Shown: positions 57,966 through 64,000 of the stretch, piece after piece
Position numbering within the stretch: the first letter of the stretch is position 1
Layout of the letters: each line of letters starts with the position of its first letter
NCBI RefSeq assembly: GCF_001677475.2
Contig: NZ_CP015229.1
From: Escherichia coli
Lineage (GTDB): Bacteria; Pseudomonadota; Gammaproteobacteria; Enterobacterales; Enterobacteriaceae
Direction: 5' to 3' (one strand)
Length of the DNA stretch: 64,000 nucleotides
Position numbers and translations under genes: made by a program
Notes under the pieces: generated by a model
The model's input: only the letters and a program-made list of their open reading frames with translations
What the model was told of the DNA's origin: nothing
Databases searched by the model: none

Positions 57966-59405
57966 ATGGAAAATCTTGCTCTGACGACGTTATTGCTGCC
58001 TTTTATCGGCGCACTGGTCGTTTCGTTTTCGCCACAACGTCGGGCCGCCGAATGGGGGATTTTGTTCGCCGCGCTGACCACGCTGTGCATGTTGTCGCTG
58101 ATCTCCGCGTTTTATCAGGCCGATAAAGTTGCCGTCACGTTGACGTTGGTCAACGTGGGGGATGTGGCGTTGTTTGGCCTGGTCATTGATCGCGTGAGTA
58201 CGCTGATTCTGTTTGTGGTGGTGTTCCTCGGTTTGCTGGTCACGATCTACTCCACGGGTTATCTGACGGATAAAAATCGCGAACACCCGCATAACGGCAC
58301 GAATCGTTATTACGCATTTTTGCTGGTGTTTATCGGCGCGATGGCGGGACTGGTACTCTCCTCGACGCTGCTCGGTCAGTTGTTGTTTTTTGAAATTACG
58401 GGCGGCTGCTCCTGGGCGTTGATCAGTTATTACCAGAGCGATAAAGCGCAGCGTTCAGCACTAAAAGCGTTGCTTATCACTCATATCGGTTCGTTGGGGT
58501 TGTATCTTGCCGCCGCCACGCTGTTTTTGCAGACCGGAACGTTTGCGCTCAGCGCGATGAGCGAGTTACACGGCGACGCACGCTATCTGGTTTATGGTGG
58601 CATCCTGTTTGCCGCGTGGGGGAAATCGGCCCAGCTACCGATGCAAGCGTGGCTACCGGATGCAATGGAAGCGCCAACACCGATCAGCGCCTATCTCCAC
58701 GCCGCATCGATGGTGAAAGTGGGCGTTTACATTTTTGCCCGTGCCATTATCGACGGCGGCAATATCCCGCATGTGATTGGCGGCGTTGGCATGGTTATGG
58801 CACTGGTCACCATTCTTTATGGCTTCCTGATGTATTTGCCACAGCAGGATATGAAGCGGTTGCTGGCCTGGTCGACCATCACTCAACTTGGCTGGATGTT
58901 CTTCGGCTTGTCGCTCTCCATCTTCGGCTCGCGGCTGGCGCTGGAGGGTAGCATCGCCTACATCGTCAACCACGCATTCGCTAAAAGCCTGTTTTTCCTT
59001 GTAGCAGGTGCACTGAGTTACAGCTGCGGCACGCGCTTGTTGCCGCGTCTGCGTGGCGTATTGCACACCCTGCCATTGCCTGGCGTGGGTTTCTGCGTGG
59101 CAGCGCTGGCAATTACCGGCGTGCCGCCGTTCAACGGCTTCTTCAGTAAATTCCCGCTGTTTGCTGCCGGTTTTGCGTTGTCAGTGGAGTACTGGATCCT
59201 GCTGCCCGCCATGATTCTGCTGATGACTGAATCGGTCGCTAGTTTCGCCTGGTTTATTCGCTGGTTTGGTCGCGTCGTGCCTGGCAAACCTAGCGAGGCC
59301 GTCGCCGATGCCACACCGCTACCAGGGTCAATGCGCCTGGTGTTGATTGTACTGATTGTGATGTCGCTGATTTCCAGCGTAATCGCCGCGACCTGGTTGC
59401 AGTAA
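57966..59405 (+). CDS. hyfD: Hydrogenase 4 membrane subunit (NuoM/antiporter-like)
   Basis: 479 aa matching HyfD. Confidence 0.93.
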   Translation: MENLALTTLLLPFIGALVVSFSPQRRAAEWGILFAALTTLCMLSLISAFYQADKVAVTLTLVNVGDVALFGLVIDRVSTLILFVVVFLGLLVTIYSTGYLTDKNREHPHNGTNRYYAFLLVFIGAMAGLVLSSTLLGQLLFFEITGGCSWALISYYQSDKAQRSALKALLITHIGSLGLYLAAATLFLQTGTFALSAMSELHGDARYLVYGGILFAAWGKSAQLPMQAWLPDAMEAPTPISAYLHAASMVKVGVYIFARAIIDGGNIPHVIGGVGMVMALVTILYGFLMYLPQQDMKRLLAWSTITQLGWMFFGLSLSIFGSRLALEGSIAYIVNHAFAKSLFFLVAGALSYSCGTRLLPRLRGVLHTLPLPGVGFCVAALAITGVPPFNGFFSKFPLFAAGFALSVEYWILLPAMILLMTESVASFAWFIRWFGRVVPGKPSEAVADATPLPGSMRLVLIVLIVMSLISSVIAATWLQ

Positions 59406-59416
59406 GGAGATGATGA

Positions 59417-60067
59417 ATGACCGGTTCTATGATCGTAAATAATCTGGCGGGACTGATGATGCTGACATCACTGTTTGTGATTAGCGTCAAAAGCTATCGC
59501 CTGTCATGCGGATTTTACGCCTGCCAGTCACTGGTGCTGGTGTCTATTTTCGCCACCCTCTCGTGCCTGTTCGCCGCAGAGCAACTGCTGATCTGGTCCG
59601 CCAGCGCCTTTATCACCAAAGTGCTGCTGGTACCGTTAATCATGACTTACGCTGCACGAAATATTCCCCAGAACATCCCGGAAAAAGCGTTATTCGGTCC
59701 GGCAATGATGGCACTGCTCGCGGCGTTAATTGTCCTGCTTTGCGCATTTGTCGTTCAGCCCGTGAAGCTACCGATGGCTACCGGGCTGAAACCGGCGCTG
59801 GCGGTGGCGTTAGGTCATTTTCTGCTTGGCCTGCTGTGCATTGTCAGCCAGCGCAATATCCTGCGGCAAATTTTTGGTTACTGCCTGATGGAAAACGGCT
59901 CCCATCTGGTGCTGGCGCTTCTAGCCTGGCGTGCACCGGAACTGGTGGAAATTGGTATCGCTACCGACGCCATCTTCGCCGTCATTGTAATGGTGTTACT
60001 GGCAAGAAAAATATGGCGTACCCACGGCACGCTGGACGTGAACAACTTGACCGCGCTGAAGGGATAA
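59417..60067 (+). CDS. hyfE: Hydrogenase 4 membrane subunit
   Basis: 216 aa matching HyfE. Confidence 0.92.
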   Translation: MTGSMIVNNLAGLMMLTSLFVISVKSYRLSCGFYACQSLVLVSIFATLSCLFAAEQLLIWSASAFITKVLLVPLIMTYAARNIPQNIPEKALFGPAMMALLAALIVLLCAFVVQPVKLPMATGLKPALAVALGHFLLGLLCIVSQRNILRQIFGYCLMENGSHLVLALLAWRAPELVEIGIATDAIFAVIVMVLLARKIWRTHGTLDVNNLTALKG

Positions 60068-60071
60068 TGAG

Positions 60072-61652
60072 ATGAGTTATTCTGTGATGTTCGCTTTACT
60101 CCTGCTCACGCCGCTACTTTTTTCGCTGCTCTGTTTTGCCTGCCGGAAACGGGGACACTCTGCGACTCGCACGGTGACAGTACTACATGGCTTAGGGATC
60201 ACACTGCTGCTGATTCTGGCACTGTGGGTGGTCCAAACCGCCGCTGATGCGGGAGAAATATTCGCTGCGGGACTGTGGCTTCACATTGATGGCCTGGGCG
60301 GTTTGTTCCTCGCCATTCTTGGTGTGATTGGCTTTCTCACCGGTGTTTACTCGATTGGCTACATGCGTCATGAAGTGGCACACGGCGAGCTTTCACCCGT
60401 TACGCTGTGCGATTACTACGGTTTCTTCCATCTGTTTTTGTTCACCATGCTGCTGGTTGTTACCAGCAATAACCTGATTGTGATGTGGGCGGCAATCGAA
60501 GCCACCACCTTAAGCTCGGCGTTTCTGGTAGGCATTTACGGTCAGCGTTCATCGCTGGAAGCTGCATGGAAGTACATCATTATTTGTACTGTTGGTGTCG
60601 CTTTTGGTCTGTTCGGTACCGTGCTGGTATACGCCAACGCCGCCAGCGTTATGCCGCAGGCAGAAATGGCGATATTCTGGAGCGAGGTTCTTAAGCAATC
60701 GTCCTTGCTTGACCCAACATTAATGCTGTTGGCCTTTGTGTTTGTGCTAATTGGCTTTGGCACCAAAACCGGGCTTTTTCCCATGCACGCCTGGCTGCCG
60801 GATGCTCACAGTGAAGCGCCGAGTCCGGTCAGCGCCCTGCTCTCCGCCGTATTGCTGAACTGCGCGCTGTTGGTGCTTATTCGCTATTACATCATTATTT
60901 GCCAGGCCATCGGCAGCGATTTCCCCAACCGGTTGTTGCTCATCTTCGGCATGTTGTCGGTTGCCGTGGCGGCATTTTTCATTCTGGTACAGCGGGACAT
61001 TAAGCGTCTGCTGGCGTACTCCAGCGTGGAGAACATGGGACTGGTCGCGGTGGCGATAGGCATTGGCGGGCCGCTGGGAATTTTTGCCGCGCTGCTGCAC
61101 ACCTTAAACCACAGTCTGGCAAAAACGCTGTTGTTCTGCGGTTCCGGCAATGTACTGCTCAAGTACGGCACGCGCGATCTCAACGTCGTCTGTGGGATGC
61201 TCAAAATCATGCCATTTACCGCCGTGTTGTTTGGCGGCGGTGCGCTGGCGCTGGCCGGGATGCCGCCCTTCAACATTTTTCTTAGCGAATTTATGACCGT
61301 TACCGCCGGACTGGCGCGTAATCATCTGCTGCTTATCGTCCTGCTGTTATTGCTGTTAACGCTGGTGCTGGCGGGCCTGGTACGGATGGCTGCGCGGGTG
61401 TTAATGGCGAAACCGCCGCAGGCCGTTAACCGGGGTGAACTTGGCTGGTTGACCACCTCGCCAATGGTGATTCTGCTGGTCATGATGCTGGCGATGGGAA
61501 CGCATATTCCACAACCTGTCATCAGGATCCTGGCTGGCGCTTCCACTATAGTCCTCTCAGGGACGCACGACCTGCCTGCACAACGTAGCACCTGGCATGA
61601 TTTTTTGCCTTCAGGCACCGCATCTGTTTCGGAGAAACACAGTGAACGTTAA
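60072..61652 (+). CDS. hyfF: Hydrogenase 4 membrane subunit (NuoN/antiporter-like)
   Basis: 526 aa matching HyfF. Confidence 0.93.
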   Translation: MSYSVMFALLLLTPLLFSLLCFACRKRGHSATRTVTVLHGLGITLLLILALWVVQTAADAGEIFAAGLWLHIDGLGGLFLAILGVIGFLTGVYSIGYMRHEVAHGELSPVTLCDYYGFFHLFLFTMLLVVTSNNLIVMWAAIEATTLSSAFLVGIYGQRSSLEAAWKYIIICTVGVAFGLFGTVLVYANAASVMPQAEMAIFWSEVLKQSSLLDPTLMLLAFVFVLIGFGTKTGLFPMHAWLPDAHSEAPSPVSALLSAVLLNCALLVLIRYYIIICQAIGSDFPNRLLLIFGMLSVAVAAFFILVQRDIKRLLAYSSVENMGLVAVAIGIGGPLGIFAALLHTLNHSLAKTLLFCGSGNVLLKYGTRDLNVVCGMLKIMPFTAVLFGGGALALAGMPPFNIFLSEFMTVTAGLARNHLLLIVLLLLLLTLVLAGLVRMAARVLMAKPPQAVNRGELGWLTTSPMVILLVMMLAMGTHIPQPVIRILAGASTIVLSGTHDLPAQRSTWHDFLPSGTASVSEKHSER

Positions 61653-63357
61653 TTCATCGTCAAATCGTGGCGAAGCGATTCTCGCCGCCCTGAAAACGCA
61701 GTTCCCCGGCGCGGTGCTGGATGAAGAGCGACAAACGCCTGAACAGGTCACCATTACGGTGAAAATCAATCTGCTGCCTGACGTTGTGCATTATCTTTAT
61801 TATCAACATGATGGCTGGCTTCCAGTCCTGTTTGGCAACGACGAGCGGACACTTAACGGTCATTACGCAGTTTATTATGCCCTTTCTATGGAAGGGGCCG
61901 AAAAATGCTGGATCGTGGTGAAGGCACTGGTCGATGCCGACAGTCGGGAGTTTCCGTCAGTCACACCGCGCGTCCCTGCCGCGGTCTGGGGCGAGCGAGA
62001 AATTCGCGATATGTACGGGCTGATTCCGGTTGGCCTGCCGGATCAGCGTCGGCTGGTGTTGCCCGATGACTGGCCGGAAGATATGCATCCGCTGCGCAAA
62101 GACGCGATGGATTATCGACTGCGCCCTGAACCGACGACTGATACCGAAACGTATCCGTTTATCAACGAGGGCAACAGCGATGCGCGGGTGATCCCTGTCG
62201 GCCCGCTGCATATCACCTCCGATGAACCAGGTCACTTCCGCTTGTTTGTGGATGGCGAGCAAATTGTCGATGCTGATTACCGCCTGTTTTATGTCCATCG
62301 CGGCATGGAGAAACTGGCAGAAACGCGGATGGGCTACAACGAAGTGACCTTCTTGTCGGACCGCGTGTGTGGGATTTGCGGTTTTGCCCACAGTGTGGCC
62401 TATACCAACTCGGTTGAAAATGCACTGGGGATTGAGGTGCCGCAACGAGCGCATACTATTCGCTCGATTCTGCTGGAAGTCGAACGGCTGCATAGTCATT
62501 TGCTCAACCTTGGCCTCTCCTGCCATTTTGTTGGTTTTGATACCGGCTTTATGCAATTTTTCCGCGTGCGGGAAAAGTCGATGACGATGGCGGAATTGCT
62601 GACCGGGTCGCGTAAAACCTACGGTCTGAATCTGATTGGTGGTGTTCGCCGCGATATTCTCAAAGAGCAACGTCTGCAAACGCTGAAACTGGTGCACGAG
62701 ATGCGCGCCGACGTGTCGGAGCTGGTAGAGATGCTGCTTGCCACGCCGAATATGGAACAACGCACTCAGGGCATTGGCATTCTCGACCGACAAATCGCCC
62801 GTGATTATAGCCCCGTAGGGCCGCTGATCCGCGGCAGTGGCTTTGCCCGTGATTTGCGCTTTGATCACCCCTACGCCGACTACGGCAATATTCCAAAAAC
62901 GCTGTTTACCTTTACCGGCGGCGATGTCTTCTCCCGCGTGATGGTCCGTGTCAAAGAGACGTTTGATTCGCTGGCAATGCTGGAATTTGCCCTCGACAAC
63001 ATGCCAGATACCCCACTGCTGACCGAAGGCTTTAGCTATAAACCTCACGCATTCGCGCTGGGCTTTGTTGAAGCGCCACGTGGTGAAGACGTGCACTGGA
63101 GCATGCTCGGTGATAACCAAAAATTGTTCCGCTGGCGCTGTCGTGCCGCCACCTACGCCAACTGGCCAGTGCTACGTTACATGCTGCGCGGCAATACCGT
63201 TTCTGACGCACCGCTGATTATCGGTAGCCTTGATCCCTGCTACTCCTGTACCGACCGTGTGACGCTGGTTGATGTGCGCAAGCGCCAGTCAAAAACCGTG
63301 CCGTATAAAGAGATCGAACGCTACGGCATTGATCGTAACCGTTCGCCGCTGAAGTAA
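61642..63357 (+). CDS. hyfG: Hydrogenase 4 large catalytic subunit (NuoC-NuoD fusion, NiFe); GTG start
   Basis: HycE-like sequence with C-terminal DPCxSCTDR Ni-binding motif; ggag lies 8 nt upstream of the GTG at 61642; exact start uncertain. Confidence 0.85.
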   Translation: MNVNSSSNRGEAILAALKTQFPGAVLDEERQTPEQVTITVKINLLPDVVHYLYYQHDGWLPVLFGNDERTLNGHYAVYYALSMEGAEKCWIVVKALVDADSREFPSVTPRVPAAVWGEREIRDMYGLIPVGLPDQRRLVLPDDWPEDMHPLRKDAMDYRLRPEPTTDTETYPFINEGNSDARVIPVGPLHITSDEPGHFRLFVDGEQIVDADYRLFYVHRGMEKLAETRMGYNEVTFLSDRVCGICGFAHSVAYTNSVENALGIEVPQRAHTIRSILLEVERLHSHLLNLGLSCHFVGFDTGFMQFFRVREKSMTMAELLTGSRKTYGLNLIGGVRRDILKEQRLQTLKLVHEMRADVSELVEMLLATPNMEQRTQGIGILDRQIARDYSPVGPLIRGSGFARDLRFDHPYADYGNIPKTLFTFTGGDVFSRVMVRVKETFDSLAMLEFALDNMPDTPLLTEGFSYKPHAFALGFVEAPRGEDVHWSMLGDNQKLFRWRCRAATYANWPVLRYMLRGNTVSDAPLIIGSLDPCYSCTDRVTLVDVRKRQSKTVPYKEIERYGIDRNRSPLK

Positions 63358-63366
63358 GGACAGAAG

Positions 63367-63912
63367 ATGCTGAAGTTACTGAAAACTATTATGCGCGCCG
63401 GAACCGCGACGGTGAAATATCCCTTCGCGCCACTGGAAGTCAGCCCAGGCTTTCGCGGGAAACCGGACCTGATGCCCAGCCAATGTATTGCCTGCGGTGC
63501 CTGCGCCTGTGCTTGTCCGGCAAATGCGCTGACTATCCAGGCCGACGACCAGCAAAATACGCGCACCTGGCAGCTCTATCTGGGGCGTTGTATTTACTGC
63601 GGACGTTGTGAAGAAGTGTGCCCGACCAGAGCCATTCAGCTTACCAATAACTTTGAACTGACCGTCACCAATAAAGCCGATCTCTATACCCGCGCGACGT
63701 TCCATCTACAACGTTGCAGCCGTTGCGAACGCCCGTTTGCCCCGCAAAAAACCGTCGCACTGGCTGCAGAACTGTTGGCACAGCAACAAAATGCACCACA
63801 AAACCGCGAAATGTTACGGGCGCAAGCGAGCGTCTGCCCGGAATGCAAACAACGCGCGACGCTGATCAACGACGACACAGATGAACCGCTGGTGGCTAAG
63901 GAGCAGCTATGA
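63367..63912 (+). CDS. hyfH: Hydrogenase 4 Fe-S subunit (NuoI-like, 2x 4Fe-4S)
   Basis: 181 aa with [12 protein letters not shown] and [12 protein letters not shown] motifs; matches HyfH. Confidence 0.93.
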   Translation: MLKLLKTIMRAGTATVKYPFAPLEVSPGFRGKPDLMPSQCIACGACACACPANALTIQADDQQNTRTWQLYLGRCIYCGRCEEVCPTRAIQLTNNFELTVTNKADLYTRATFHLQRCSRCERPFAPQKTVALAAELLAQQQNAPQNREMLRAQASVCPECKQRATLINDDTDEPLVAKEQL

Positions 63913-64000
63913 GTCCAGTGCTTACACAACATGTCAGCCAGCCCATCACGCTGGACGAGCAAACGCAAAAGATGAAGCAGCATTTGTTACAGGATATACG
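63909..64000 (+). CDS. hyfI: Hydrogenase 4 small subunit (NuoB-like), 5' end only; truncated by the window edge
   Basis: ATG at 63909 overlaps the hyfH stop; [30 protein letters not shown] fits the HyfI N-terminus and gene order. Confidence 0.75.
   Translation, partial: MSPVLTQHVSQPITLDEQTQKMKQHLLQDI

Noticed and set aside
61957-63120. 387-aa ORF antisense to hyfG
   Set aside because: Entirely inside the strongly supported hyfG reading frame on the opposite strand; low-complexity, Arg/His-rich translation typical of antisense frames.

Overview
This window reads as a contiguous stretch of Escherichia coli core chromosome, from cysM to the start of hyfI, and I see no convincing novel or undescribed system in it. 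Calls rest on recognising the translated ORFs and their conserved gene order; no searches were run. Gene order: cysPUWAM (minus strand), ucpA, murR and divergent murQP, yfeX-yfeY-yfeZ-ypeA, amiA-hemF, the complete 17-gene ethanolamine-utilisation microcompartment operon (eutS-P-Q-T-D-M-N-E-J-G-H-A-B-C-L-K-R, minus strand), maeB, talA-tktB, ypfG, nudK, aegA, narQ, acrD, ypfM, yffB-dapE-ypfN, ypfH-tmcA-ypfJ, purC, bamC-dapA, gcvR-bcp, and hyfABCDEFGH plus the first codons of hyfI (hydrogenase 4). There are no rRNA or tRNA genes, CRISPR arrays, insertion sequences or prophage genes. Intergenic regions carry REP elements, several intrinsic-terminator hairpins and recognisable regulatory motifs (BaeR box before acrD, PurR box in the purC leader, a -24/-12 sigma-54 promoter before hyfA). 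The two most notable points are differences from the K-12 reference as I remember it: eutB and eutA are directly adjacent (no CPZ-55 prophage), and the murP-yfeX gap is only 179 bp where K-12 carries yfeW. Other findings are regulatory-motif and hairpin candidates of modest interest.
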